From Camelus ferus (Eukaryota), in NCBI RefSeq assembly GCF_009834535.1, contig NC_045697.1, positions 25,546,001-25,610,000 on the forward strand: a DNA stretch of 64,000 bases, read 5' to 3'. This document shows positions 22,587 through 36,956 of the stretch, piece by piece. The translations under genes were made by a program, and so were the position numbers. Within the stretch, counting starts at the first letter, position 1. Every line of letters starts with the position of its first letter. The notes beneath the pieces were generated by a model that had not been told where the DNA came from, did no database searches, and worked only from the letters and a program-made list of their open reading frames with translations.

Positions 22587-24811
22587 ATCCAGGTAGTTTT
22601 CACCATTGGAACAAAATTATGTTTGTGTTGGTGGGTGCTATTGGTCTTCAGTTTTATCTGAATCTCCAACCACTGCCATTAGTCTTTGGTAACTTAATAG
22701 TCCAGGGCCCACGGCACCATTTCCTGCCTCAGTTCCAGCAGATGACTTATCCATAAGGATATTTTAGTAAAATCTCTGCAGCGAGTGCTTCATATTCTGC
22801 TTTAATTCTTAGATTAGGATCATTTAATCAAGTGCACAAACAGAATTTTGAACCTGACCCAGTCTCATGTATTCCCTCTACCTTACTCTTCTGCAAGATA
22901 TCAGTGTTCCATATTCCAGAAAATATTTGAATATCTGAAACATATTATGTTTTTTCATGCTTTTTCACATGTGATTTTTTTCTTTCAGAAACTTCTCTTT
23001 GCATCTTATTTACATAATTCTGTCTTCATCGTTTACTTGATTAGTTTCCTGTCATAATACAGCTATTTCCACTGTTCGATGGGTGTCTCCTAAACACTTA
23101 TACTTAAAAATTAACATAGAATACTACCTAACAGCTAATGACATTTCAACTATAAAAATATTAAATAAATTATATACTCCACCATGCTCAAGCAGAGTCC
23201 TCTAAATCATTTCCACTTCCATGAAACTTCATGTTGCAGGCTGTACATCTCAATAAGAAAAATCTTCAGTTATATTTATATATTTAAAAAGAAGAAAATG
23301 ATATGTATAGCTTGGGAGGATGAATAAAATAATCTATGATCTAGAGAAAGCAAAAGTTTGCTTAAAAAGCAAAATGTATATCTAAGTATAATGGGAAATA
23401 ATGTTAAGATGAGTTTTGAGTAGAGAGTCTTCACAGTAAGCTATGAAAATTTGAAGCAGAAGACAGTTAAGATTCAATCTAGAGCATGGGAGAGTTTTCA
23501 TAGTATTTATATTGATCAGAGGGAAAAATTTATTGAATAAAAGTAGGTAAATATATTATTTTATATACTATATATAACAAATAGTTCTAAATGCTTTTAA
23601 AACTATAACTACTATGAGTTTTTTTTTTTTTTAAGTGAAGACAGAGGAACAAAAGAATCTATAAAAGAGAAACTACTGGCTAGGAATATGATAATGAGGA
23701 AGTGGCACTGAGATATTTGGGGCCAGAAATAGAATAACTTAGCAATAAGTAATATTTTAAAATGCAACTGGACTTCAAGTTCTTGCATTAGATACATCAG
23801 AAAAGCTTGGTATAAATCTGTATGTCAAGGAACCTGACTTTAATATTTGGCTTCAGGAAGAATATAGGTAGATCTCAGGAATCTATTTGTGTTTTGTTTT
23901 TATTTTGCTTTGCCTTTTTTTTTTTAAACAAGTCTTTATGATGATTATGATGATTCTGATGCATAGACAAGTTTGAAAGACATTACAAAATTTAGCTTTG
24001 TAGTGTTAAAAGGGACAAGAGGGAACTAGAGGAAGAGAGATTTTAAACAGTAATAAAAAAGAGTTACCAATTATTTGAGCACTTATTTTTTGAATACACT
24101 CCTTCAAAATCTTTATATATAGTATCCCATTTATTTATAACAATACAATGTAGTATGAGTCTATTATAACCATTTTATTTATATATATAAATAGAGAGTC
24201 AAAAAGATGAAGTAAATTGTCCTGAGTGGTAAGGTTGAATCAGCACTCAAATCTAGACATTAATACCAGAGCATCACTCACAGTAGATGTGTAACAATGT
24301 TTTGCTAGTGACCTCAGATAACCAGCCCAAAACGATGTTTTAGAAAGGAGTAACACAAGACAGACTTGGAGGAAGACTGCCTGTACACTCTTTCAAAGAA
24401 CGTATATTTCTAATGTGATTACATGCATGATAAAAATTCATAACCACTCAGAGTTTGCTAAAACACTGGGATAATGTAGTTTCTCTATTGAGAAGAAGAA
24501 ATACATGTAAAAATATCCACAAGTATTCACCCCACCAATGCCATCACACTATATTGATGGCCTACCACCTGGGTAAAGGAGCAGAAAACCAAAAATGACA
24601 CAAATAAAATATCTAAATATGAGTTCACATTTAAAATGGATTTTATCCATCTGTTTGGTTTGTAGTCATAGTCAACAGCTTCAAAACAAATGCCCTTCAG
24701 CACTCATTTTTGATATGGGATTTAAATAACAGATTTAACAGTTGAGATTACTGTAGATCAGAGTAAAGCAAATTAACTTTACAATCTCAGATTTTACAAA
24801 TATATGTATCT

Positions 24812-24859
24812 TTCTCTCCCTCTCTCTCCCTCTCTCCCCCTCCCTCTCTCTCTCTCTCT
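24812..24859. repeat. CT-rich microsatellite
   Basis: Read directly. Confidence 0.9.
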
Positions 24860-25475
24860 AGGGTGTGATGAGCACTGAAATCTAGAGACAGAAAATATGA
24901 TAAAAGTTTACAGGATTCAATGGGGACCCACACATGGAAGCATTCATTTTGGAATCCCTGTGGCTATCCTCTGGCTCTCAAAGATGCATTTGAAGCTTTA
25001 AGAGATTATGATTAAATAGGATTTTACCAAGAGAAATCTCAGCTCTTAGCTTCAAAAGTCATCATGAAAATATTCTCCTAGCTGCCAAATTCATTTGGCA
25101 CTACTGAACAATGCTTTCACTTTCAAAATTTCAGTTTCACTGTTAAGAAAAACAGATAGCACAAATGTTCTGCATTAGAATAAAGGAAAAGATTGCCTAA
25201 AACAGTCTTTCTCAAACTGTATGCCAAAGAACATGGTTGCACAGGCTTTTAATGCCAGAAAATAGATTTTTTAGTCAAATACATTTAAGAAATTCTGGGT
25301 AAACAAAGTAAATAAATCGTTTTTCTGTATTACTTAGCAGAACCATATGAAAAGCTTTTGTTAATATCTTAATGAGGAGGGTGTAAAATATGCAGTCTTT
25401 TCTAAACATTTTTTTCACAGAATTCTTTTTATTCTACAATATCTAAAAAGGGTATTTCCTCAGAAGCCACATTTT

Positions 25476-25586
25476 GTGTGTGTGAGGTTTATTTATTTTT
25501 AGAGGAAGTACTGGGGATTGAACTCAAGACCTCAATACATGCTAAGCATGTGCTCTACGACCTGAGCTATACCCTCCCCCTCAAAA
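25476..25586 (-). mobile_element. Camelid-type tRNA-derived SINE with TSD
   Basis: gtactggggattgaactcaagacctcaatacatgctaagcatgtgctctacgacctgagctataccctccccc; 14-bp TSD agaagccacatttt at 25462-25475 and 25587-25600. Confidence 0.9.
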
Positions 25587-28500
25587 AGAAGCCACATTTT
25601 AAATGTCAGATTGTCTTATAGGAATGCACTGGGGACTATTTCTCATTATTTCATTGATACACAATTGTCAGATAGAATACTTTATTGCATTTGATTTCAA
25701 AATTTATATATAAAGCTGTTACAGGGATTTTCCCCCAAATTGTGAATAGAAGATGATAACTATTCTAACAAATACATATCAATAATAATTAGTAAATATT
25801 TAGTAGACTTTGAATGTTCCTATCTGTCCTTTTGCCCCACAGTGCTTTTATCCACACTTTTGAAGGTAACTGCTTATTCCTTACTGAAATTATGTGTAAT
25901 TATTGAAGACATTAAGGGCAGTTCTTTAAGTACCATTGTGTGAATATACAACCTACTGATGCCTTATCATAGTATCACATCAGTCATTCACATTGATAGT
26001 TGCACATATATTGGGCAATCAAGGGATAAACAAGAAAATATTAGTTGCTTTGCCCAGCATAGTATTTTCATCCCATCTTTGTTGGGAGGATTACTTCGCT
26101 GCATCAGGATCCTGTGATACATTAGGGTTAACCCAGCCCACCTGATTATGTCACTCAACTACCTACAGTCTAAGACCTGAAAATGTAACAAAAGCAAGGT
26201 TAGGTTGAGAGAGAGCCATATAGCATAAGGTAGTTAATTGAGCACTTTCCTGTCAGGGTCAAGAGCTGGTTTATAATCTGGTAATTTTTTCCAACTCTGT
26301 AGTAAGAACACATGTGTGATAGGCATTTCATTGTGTCCTTGATGACAATAAAAATATGTATCTTCTTTGTTATTCCATAACAAATATTTCTAGTAGCTCT
26401 TTGTATTTTTCATTCCAAACATATTTATCATGATAGTTTCACAAACTTTTCAATAAAAATATGACTTGTAATTCCTTTCCATATCACAGTTGAATGATGA
26501 AACCGTGAAACAATTTCTGGTGAAACAATTTATAGCAAAATTAATCAATTTTGTATTAGAATCCAATACTTTATGTGTAAACCGGAAAAAAGTCATTTGA
26601 ATTCCTGAAGAGGGCACTTTATGCTTTTTCAAAAAATGTCTCAATATTTTGATGGCTATTAGAGAAAATTTCATAACACAAGAGATGATGGTTGAATGAG
26701 TTACATTTCTTAAAAATATTAATTTTCATCTTGCTGACTTTGTTTATATCCTTTCCATTTTTAATTGCTAATAAGATTTCTTATCATTAGCATATCCAAA
26801 TTCATATTTTAGTTACATTCTGTTCAAGAATGGTTCACTTACTCTTTTGCGTTCATTGAGCAATTTTAAGCCCAAAACTCATTTGATTTGCTTCTCCATT
26901 TTATTCAGTCTTTTCCTCAAATATTACTTTTACATAAAGAACTTCCAATGATCACATTATTTAAAATAATCATCCTCTATCACTCATCTTTTTACTTTGC
27001 TTTACATTTCCCTTTAGTAAATGCTATGTAAAATGATGTTATATACATATATATATATATTTTAACTATTTATTGTGCTTCTTCCCACTATAAGGTTCAT
27101 GAATTTGGAAACTTTGGAAACTTTGGCTTGTTCACCATTGAATATCCACTTTTGGGCGCACAGTAAGTTCTCCATTAATTTTCTTTTTTTAATGTCTAAA
27201 TTATAGTACTCATAACAGCTAAATGAAGAAGTGTATTTTTACTTTTAATTAAACAAATGATTTAAATATTTTGTGAATTGAGAAGCTAGAGCAACATAAT
27301 AGTGTACATGAAAAATAGAATTTTTAAAAGTGTGAACTATAGAACGGAAGTGCTATGAAAATACGTTGGTTAAGATGAACTGTATCTTTTTGAGGAAATG
27401 TCAACTGATACATTCATGTTTTTGAGCATATGTTCCACCTTCAAAAGCACAGTTATCCTTAAGAGAAACTTTACATATCAAGTTTGTGAAACAATTGCTT
27501 TTCCTGCCATTCCTCTTAAACTAAGCTGCCTGTGAGCCACTTCAGAGACCAGTAGACGCCACCTAATTTTCACGGCCCACATTTTGAAAACTGTTTCCTC
27601 AACACCAGAAACGTGGTGCTTTCTCATCTTTGCCTTCTCAGTATGTATAATAGTTTTCAACACAGATCAGATGTGCTTTAATGTTTCTTTTCAATAAATC
27701 AATAAAATAATAAATGAAAAAATAAAATAAGTGAGGAAAACAGATTGATTTTAGAATAGATTCCTTTTTGTTGACTCTGACAACAGAGTCACCATCTGCA
27801 CCTAACTGATTTTTTTCTTGTATCACCACCTGGTTCTCAGCAGTGCAGGGTAGCCTAGGCCGAAGTATCATGGTAGATTCTCCATTTTCTATGAATATTT
27901 CTATTGTTATAAAATAATCTCAAGGTCTAAATTGGTATTAAACTCTATGTTCCATCATCTTCAATAACATATACTGTAAGTATTTTAATGATAATCATTT
28001 CTCTCATGTCAGTTTTCTGATTGACAAGTAACAGTGATACTCTTAGGCTATTGCAGTTTGGAGCAGATATCACACTGCTTTCAGAATATATTTTGGGGAG
28101 CATCACTCCAAGAAGAAAAGACTGACTTTCTTAACAAGTTTGTTGGGAATATAGTTCTAGCTGTAATATCTGAAGCTGACACTTTTTCATGGGTGAATTT
28201 GCTCTACGTAATGTAGAAGTTAGTATTTTCCTCTTTCTTTTTTTTAACCCTCTTTTTTTTTTTTATGGTTCTCCTAAACTCTTTCTTCTATTTTTCAATA
28301 TACCAAGAAAAATTACGATATTATTTATTTACTTCTCATAAGAAGTATATGTAAATTTGATACTTTTCCTAGGAAAATTTTTATTATGGAATATACTTAT
28401 AATTTAATAAGTAGACAAAGTCTAACCATGTGAAACTATTTTTTTAAGCATACAACCTACATTGGGGACCATTTTTTCCTACTAGCTATGCCTGAACCAG

Positions 28501-29067
28501 GCTTCAGTAGAAAAAAAATCATCCCTTTTGTTTCCATTAAGAAAAATAGAAAAAAGAGGGAAATAATATATTGTACTAAAAAATTATGGTTTGAAAAGGA
28601 TGTTGATTAACATACCCTGTAATTTCACATTAATTCAGTTTAGTATAACAGTATGCATAAATCATTGATATGTCTCATTTTGTTCAATAAATAGAGAAAT
28701 TCCCTCTCCATCATTTGTAAGTATACCCAGTTTTACTTTTATTTAGAATAAATGTAATGCCTTATTCATTCTCAAATTGTTTTTAATTGTCTATAGATTT
28801 ATGCCACCTTCTATCTTATTCATTTATTTCCATTGTTAAATTTTATCTAGACTGAAAAATGCCAATCATGAAGCAATTGTCTTTAAACTGAGTTATCCCT
28901 TACAGTGTCTTAATTTATTGTCTTTCCTTCATAGCCAAGTAAACCTTCAGAAACTCAGCCATTTAATTTAATGAGGAAAGATTCATAAAGAACTTGGTAA
29001 GAGAAGTGAGAAGAGTTAAAGCCTGATGCACTCATTTTTCAATCTCTCACTTATATAAGAAAGACCT

Positions 29068-29094
29068 AAAAAAAAAAAAAAAAAAAAAAAAAAA
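29068..29094. repeat. Poly-A tract
   Basis: Read directly. Confidence 0.9.
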
Positions 29095-29689
29095 CCACAC
29101 CTTCCACCAACACAGTATTACCTGCCAGTAGATTGACTAGTTTAGCCTCATAATAGAGAAATAACAACTCACTTAACTGGGTCAGTAGGTGCTTTAGATT
29201 GAGAGACTAAATATGGAAGAAAAGTGGGAGCATGGATTCACAGAGGTACTAAGACACTTGAGTTTTTTGGCAACTTCCACTATAAAATTGGTTGTAATCC
29301 AGAATCCTCAGAGGCCCCTGGGAAACATTGTGTTCTCCATGATAATCCCTCCCTGGTATATCCTCGTGGGTGTTTTCAGCTGAGTCGAGTACTCCCTCTG
29401 GTTGCAGTGATTTGCAAATATTTTCATTTATTTATAACAAATAAGAAAGTGTTATCCCTGTTATACAGCAAACAATTAAGAATTTAATGATTATAATTAG
29501 CCATTTTAAATGAAGGTTTTGTTGCAAGGCTCTCCAAATTTTCATGCAGATATTCAGTATAGAAATAATTACAGTGAATTTGTCTAAGTAGGTAGAGAAT
29601 TCATTAATTTAGTGTTCCTTCCATTATTTTAGACTCCCTAAGAAGTTCAATCTTACAAATAATGGTAATTTATGCCTTTTTTATAGTGA

Positions 29690-29945
29690 GGGGATGAATG
29701 AGTGAACAATTTCTCCTCCACATAGTTTTCTGCAAGGACTTAAACTAAGGGAATCAGCATCTAGCTATGTGAATGACCTAAGATCTCCAGCCTAGGGGAC
29801 CCTTCAGATGATTGGAATTTCATGGACAATTCTACTCAAGAACAGCCAAACCAATCCTTTCTCAAATTTCTGAGCCCTACTCCCCAAATTTGAGAAAAAT
29901 ACAGTGGTTATTTTAAGCTGCTAAGTTTTTGCAACAATAGTGTTC
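29690..29945 (+). mobile_element. MaLR LTR 3' remnant
   Basis: ccttcagatg...gtggttattttaagctgctaagtttttgcaacaatag. Confidence 0.6.
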
Positions 29946-30014
29946 ATTAGAAGAACACAAGGAGTTTATGTGAGCCATGTCTGCAAAAGGCACACTTAAC
30001 TTCCATTAACACAT

Positions 30015-30377
30015 TGTCTTAGTCTGTTGAGGCAAGTATAACAGAATAATATAAATGGTGGCTTATGAACAACAACACTTATTTCTCATAATTCTGGGAG
30101 AAGTAGAACATCTAAGGTCAAGGCACCTGTAGATTCAACATCCAGTGAGGGCCCACTTCCTGTTTCATAGCCAGCTGTCTCTCTCTGTCATCACGTGGTG
30201 GAACAGCTGAGGGAACTCTCTCTAGGGTCTCTTTTATAAGGGCACTAATCCAATTCATGAGTGTTCAACATTCACAACCTAACCACCTCTCAAAGGCCCC
30301 ACTTCCAAATATCATCACACTGGGGATTAGGTTTCAGTATATGAATTTTGGAGGATACAAACATTCATTCTATATCA
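30015..30377 (-). mobile_element. MLT1A-like LTR
   Basis: tgtcttagtctgtt...cttatttctcataattctgg...tcttttataagggcactaatcc...ctggggattaggtttcagtatatgaattttgg...aaacattca. Confidence 0.9.
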
Positions 30378-33300
30378 AAAATCATTAGCTAGAACTCAGG
30401 AACATAGCTTAACACATAACTTACAGGGGAGATTGGAAAATGCAATCTATATGCTCAAGAATATTAAAGAGGAATAGGATTTTGGCAAATATCTCCTGTT
30501 GGACATGTGATATAATATTTGTGTTGGGGATGAGAAAGGAGAAATAAGCAAGAGAGAGAGATTGTATAACTGCCCATTATTATTGGTTTCAATTCTTCAA
30601 TGCTTTGAGAAAAAGCATAAGGCATAAAAATGCTAATAAAAATTTATGAAGTATTTGTCACAGCAAATTTTCATAAGCACCTCAAATATCTTTCTGTGGT
30701 CTAGTTTGAATGTCCCTGAACTTAACTTTTGGTAGAAGTTCCAGACTGCCACAACCAGTTTATTTACTTTATTTCCCATTTCTTTACTTCTCTAATAATT
30801 TAATTTCCATTCGTCAATCTATTCCATAGTCTCCAGGCTACTTTTCTGATTCTCTTATGGTACCACATATACAGCAATTACTCAATAAGTTGTTGCCAAC
30901 TGAAGGTAGAAAGAGAAGAGAAGAAGCATAATAGTTATTGAGAACCCACAAAATTTCATGCACACTGTTGGTTACTTGGGTTAGTTATTTCTTTTAAACA
31001 TAAAACAATTCTTTAAGAAATATATTATCAAACTTTATTTCACAGATGAATACACTGACTCATTGAGTTTCACTCAGCATCTTTAATATTGTTATCTATT
31101 TCTGTATAAAAGAGTCATTATCTTTGAATTTTGCCAGCAGTGTGAAGATTATCATCAAATACATAAATTTTAATTTTAATTATCTATATTATAAGAACAA
31201 CATTAGAAGAGTAGCCAAAGAGATATTTCAAACACATTTTACATTCACCAAAATGAATATATCCCAAAAGCTTTTTTCATATTGCAACATTTTTCAAATA
31301 CCCCACCAAATATTATGCACCAAATCATAAATTTTTAGGTTAAAATTTTAATTTTGACTCATAAAAACACTGAAATTAGAAACTGACTATAGAAGTATAG
31401 GAGGAAATAAAATATGTCTCCAGCCAATAAAGATTAGCTAGATTAAATCTATTTGATTTTTTAAATGCCATTCTTGTCAACTTGATTGTAAACTTTGCAA
31501 TGTCAGTGTTTTCCTAGTCTCATTCTTTGTATCCCAAATGGTTAGCATGTTGACTGGTCTATACTACCTGCTCAATGAGCAAATAGATCAAACTGTAAGG
31601 CTGGATCAGACATCTAATTCAGCTCCACCTTCCGGCACAGAGTAGATCTCACCTAATCAAATTAGTCTCTGGACTGTAAGACTCAGACTAGATATGTGTA
31701 AGCTTCCCATATATATAAGTACCTATATACCCTAAAGATCTAGTAATTGGAGGAACTATGATTGAAATCCAATTATGTCTGACACCAAATTCCATTTCCT
31801 TTCTACTATATTTTTCTGCCACAATGTAATATTTGAAATTTTAATATATATATATGAATTATATATTTTTATTCAATGGATTCTATTCAGAATTATTTTG
31901 TGTATTTTTATTTCGTATGTTAAATAAGGGAGGATTGTGTCCCCAGGTACCAATGCTATAATTTAATAAATTGATTTTTAAGTTATGTTATATATATAAT
32001 TGCTAATGAAAAGATTGCCTTCTCAATGTCATATATATCCTAAATAAAATGTCAGCTAACACATTTTATTGATTCTAGAGGAAAACAAAGCAAAAAAAAA
32101 AATCCACTTTAAATAGATGACCTTCTGTGAAGCTTAAGTAACTACTATTGGAATGAGTGGAAACACGTTATTTTATAGATCTCACTAGCTGACAATCTTG
32201 GGAAAATGGCAGATTCAGTTCATCCCTGTGGCTATCCTCTCTCAATTCCTATCAAAATATTAACTATTTCTATTGAAACAGCCAGACCACACATGGGGCT
32301 TGAAGGTTGTGAGTGAGGTCTAGGACCCAGAGAGCAGAATGTTTCCCTTTCTGAGAGCTTGTGACCCAGCATTAGAAAGTACCAAACAGCATAGATTCTG
32401 GGGAGACCTTGGCCTTGTGGGTAACCACGAATAATCCAGGACAAAGTGATCAGTAAGGAACAATGACAATTTTCCTAAAATGAAAGTCCCCCATATCAAA
32501 GACTCTCCAGTATAGATTGCTCTTCAACAATCCATCTTTCTTTTAGATACACAGAGTTAACAAGTAAATCATGTCACTTAAATAGGTCTGTTCCTGATTT
32601 TTGAGAATTTTCAGAAAAAGGGATACATACAGATCATTTTGTGAGCAAGGACACAAGTCCTCAGAATCCATCATAAATTTTAGTGAAGTAAACAGTAGAA
32701 ATAAGAGAAAGTTTTAGAGAAACATCAGGAATCAGTAGTCGATTGATGTCATGGGGATGATCTGCTTTCAATATTTTGTGGGATAACCAATAATAATCCC
32801 TTTCTCTATTCATGAACTTAAAAAAAATATGTTTAGTATCTAACCAAAGCCATATTTAGCTGCTCTAGAGAAAGTCACATTAGACGTATTGTTCAGAACT
32901 TTGAACAGAGTTAAAACCTTGAAAAGTCTGTGAATTTTAATTTTTCATGACCCGTGGATAATAGAGACTTGATTTAAATTGACCATAGAAAATATTTATA
33001 CTAATGATACTAAAATGGATTGGTTTTGAGGGCATCTTGTTTTGCATATACATGCCTCCTTACTTAGAGAAAAAGCTGAGATTCATCATATTTAAGTCAT
33101 TATAAAAAACTTAGCTACTAAAGGGGAACTATAGAGGCTGTCTTTTTTTGAATTCAGTTAAACTCTATCCCTTCGATCTGCACATGTTATTGCCACTTTT
33201 ACTTTATAAGTTCTATTTATACAGAGTCCTCTGGGTATTAAACTGCTTTTTCTGCAAGTCTAGTTTCTTCTTACAAAACCTTTTTCTCTTGGTTCATTGA

Positions 33301-34621
33301 CAGGTCATCAACCAACGAGTCTCAGTAGTGACAAACTCTAATGATTGAAACACGTATCTTGATCTCTCTCAGAATCTCAATATATTTCTGATTCAATACC
33401 AACTTTACCATTATTAGCTCATCCCCTCTCTTACTTCCTCCTTTCATCCATCAAGGATAAGCTACATGTCAGGCCTACTGTTTGAACCAAGAGAAGAAAA
33501 AGGAATAAAATAACTTTAGTTCACTGTAACCCTATCATTTAATTTAGCTTACTATAAATAATTATATCTAGTAAGAAACTATACTTTCTCAATTTGCTGA
33601 TAAATTTCTGAAAATTGAAATTATTTCTCATTTGGTAGCAACCAAACATGTGTTCACTTTTTCTCTGGTATGTTTCAAGCTACCAAGTTTCTTAGCAATC
33701 TTTATAATAAAATGTCATATTATAAATGTCACCTAGTGCTGATATCCAATGAGCATATCAAACTAAGCTTGTATTCTGAAGTGATGTAATGCTTCAACTG
33801 ACTGGATAGTGCACACAGTGTATGTATCATGAGTCATGTCTGTTAAGGAAAGTTTGATTTTCATTACAGAATTATTCCTTTATTTATCATCTGTTTATAC
33901 CTAGCAATCCAGAGCAACAATTTCAATAGTCTAAATGAATTCAGCACTGAATTTAGGCTCTAGGAACATGTACCATTTTCATTAACTTAAAATGATAAAA
34001 CAAAGTTATAAAACATTAGATGGATCATGGCAAAATTATTTTGTATTAGTATATATGTATGACTTACATTTATATATATCCTACATTCATATATATAATA
34101 TATACGTATATAAAGGAGATATATATGATATATAAAGGAGATATATATGTGTGTGTGCGTGTGTGTGTGTTAAAAGTATCTATTTAAATGGCAAGCTACA
34201 TCATATTGGAGGTCCCTGAAAGAGAATTATGGGGAAATAGACCAGTGGAAGAGCTCTGGGCAGCAGATCTGGTCAGTCATTTTGTGGACAGGGAGAAGCA
34301 GTCTGACGTAAAGATATAACTGGACTCCTGGATGGTAGTGAATGGATTGACTTTTGTCAAGGTTTGGAAGGAAAAAGGTGCTAGGCAAAAGGAATATTGA
34401 TGGAACTGTGGAAGTGAACGCTAAATGTGAGGATTGATGCAGCACACGTTAATGCTCACCAGGGAGCACACCCTGCTATGATTTCACCCCTATTTTGTTA
34501 AATTGTAAAAAAATAAAAAATTGTCATGAAGAAATTTCATGAACATATTTCTTTAAAACTTATTTTGAACTTATTATTTTTGAGAAAGCATTTTGATAAA
34601 ACTTTTACCTAAAAAGCAAGC

Positions 34622-35544
34622 TGTCCTAGATCAGGTTGTATGTAAGTCTGACTTCTCCAGAAAAATAAAGCCAACATGAGATTAGATAGGTAGGTAGGTA
34701 GGTAGGTAGGTAGGTAGATATATAGATAGATACATAGATATATAGATCATAGATAATAGGTAGAGATTTATGAAAAGAAATTGGCTCACATGATTACAGA
34801 GGCTGATAATTCCCATGATCTGCCAAGCCAAGACCCAGGGAAGTTGGTGATATAATTCAGTCCAAGTCCAAAGACCTGAGAACTAGGGGAGCCAGAGATA
34901 TAAATCCCAATTTAATGGCTGGGGAAGACCAATGTCCCAGCTCAAGTAGGCAAGCAGGAAGAAAAAGTGACAAATTCCTCTTTCCTCTGCCTTTGGTTCG
35001 ATTCAGGCCCTCAACAGAGTGGCTGATGCCCACCCCCATTGGGGAAGGCAATTTATTTATTGAGTCCACCAATTCAAGTACTAATCTTGTTCAGAAACAC
35101 CTTCACGGACATACCCAGAAATAATGTTTAACCTGGACACCACATGGTGCAGTCAAGTAGACACATATTAGTAAAACATCACAGGCTGCTGTAACAAAAT
35201 GTCATAGACTTGGTGACAGAAATAGCAGACATTTATTTCTCACAGTTACAGAGTTAGAAAGTCCAAGATCAAAGTACTGGCATGGTTGGTTCATGGTGAG
35301 TGCCTGATTCCTGGCTTGTGGACAACCACCTTCTCACTATGTGCTCAGATGGCCATTCCTCAGTGCATGCCCTTGGAGGGAGAGGACGTGCTTGTGTCTC
35401 TCTGTCTTCTTCTAAGGACACTTACCCTCATCTAAACCTAATTCATTCTCAAAGGCCTCACCTCCAAATATCACCACGCTGGGAGTTAACACTTCACCAT
35501 ACAAATTTTGAGAAGGGACACAGACATTCAGTCCATTACACAAC
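34622..35544 (-). mobile_element. MLT1A/B-like LTR split by MLT2
   Basis: Stub tgtcctagatcagg at 34622; continuation ggctgctgtaacaaaat...cagacattcagtccatt at 35184-35544. Confidence 0.8.
34639..35183 (-). mobile_element. MLT2 LTR with internal (TAGG)n/(TAGA)n
   Basis: aattggctcacatgattacagaggctga...gttcagaaacaccttcacggacatacccagaaataatgttt...cagtcaagtagacacata; TSD ggttg (34634-34638) / ggctg (35184-35188). Confidence 0.9.
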
Positions 35545-36324
35545 GTAATGTAAGCCAGCTGTTTGTGTTTGAGAGAAGTCTGTAGAAGCCCTGCTAGAGA
35601 TCTCTGCTAATGCTCCAAGCTCCTGATCCCCCAGGAAAAATCCAGCACAAAAACTCAGGCAGCCTGACATGAATAAACATTGAACATCAGTCGTCCTGTG
35701 ACTGTCATAGATTGTGCCGAACTGGGTTTTCTGTGTACTGAGATGCACACGCTGTAAGGAAACTCCAACTTCTTTATGCAGACCATAACAAAATGTTTTT
35801 TCTAGTAGAGATCATTGACCTGCCAGCAGGAGAGTCAGAGCATCTGAATTAGTCATAGACTGACTGACCATTTCTAATACAACAGTGTCTTTACCGTCCT
35901 TCTCACCCTCATTAACTCACTGCTTGCTTAACTTGTAGGAGGAAATAAATGTAAATGTTTCATAACCAAGTGTTTGTGTTAGTAATTTCTATCAATGTTG
36001 TCCACCCTTGGACATCTTGAACTTTTTTTTTTTTTTACCTTTAACCGTCAGCTAATCCCCACAATATAGCAACTGCAAAAGAACCAACAAACACACAGGT
36101 GGAAAACATAGCTAATTCATAGATATGAACTAGTCTCTGATCTTGATAACTCATATGATTGTCCAATAGCCCATGAAGGGAGTAGCCATGGAAGCCTTGA
36201 ATAGGCCCAAAAGCACATGCTCCCTCTCACCAAGACTGATCTGGTCACCAACCTTCTGTATGTGTGAACAATTAGGGGACAAGGAAAACACAGCTATCAA
36301 CATGGCACCATACTTCAAGGAGGA

Positions 36325-36956
36325 TGTATTACTGTCCTGCTGCTGCATAGCAGATTACCACAAACTTAGTGACTTAAAGCAACGCATATTTATTACCTCA
36401 CATTTCTGTAGGTCTCACAAGGCCAAAATTAAGGTATCAGCCAGGCTTAGCTCCTATCTGGAAGTTCTGGGGAAGATCCATATCTAAATTCATACAAATT
36501 GCTAGCAGGAATCAGTTGCACGTGGTTATGGGAGTCTAGCCTTTTCCTGGCCAGCTGTCAGTCAGGGGCTGCTTTCAGCTCCTAGAGGCTGCTCTCGAGG
36601 CCTTGCACTTGCTCCCTCCATCTTCAAAGCCAGCTAAAATAAGTTGAGTTGTTTTCCTGCTTCAAGTCTCTGCAAATCCCTCTTCTGCATCCTGCAGGAG
36701 AAAAGTCTCTGCTAAAAGCCTGTCTGGAGAATTTCCCTTATAATTAATTCCAAGTCAACTGACAGATGTAAATAACTGATGTCCATCTAAATTAACTACA
36801 TACAAGTACTACAGATTTAGTAACTAATTACCTCTGCAAAATTCCTTTTTCTGTGTAATGTAACAAAATCACAGACATGATCTCTCACTGTATTCACAGT
36901 CATAAGGATTAGAAATAGACATCTTGGGGAGCCATCTCAGAATTCATGTCCTCACA
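36325..36956 (-). mobile_element. MaLR LTR (MLT1E/F-like) inserted in ERVL internal sequence
   Basis: TG...CA termini; gattaccacaaacttagtgacttaaagcaac; TSD gagga/gagaa. Confidence 0.85.
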
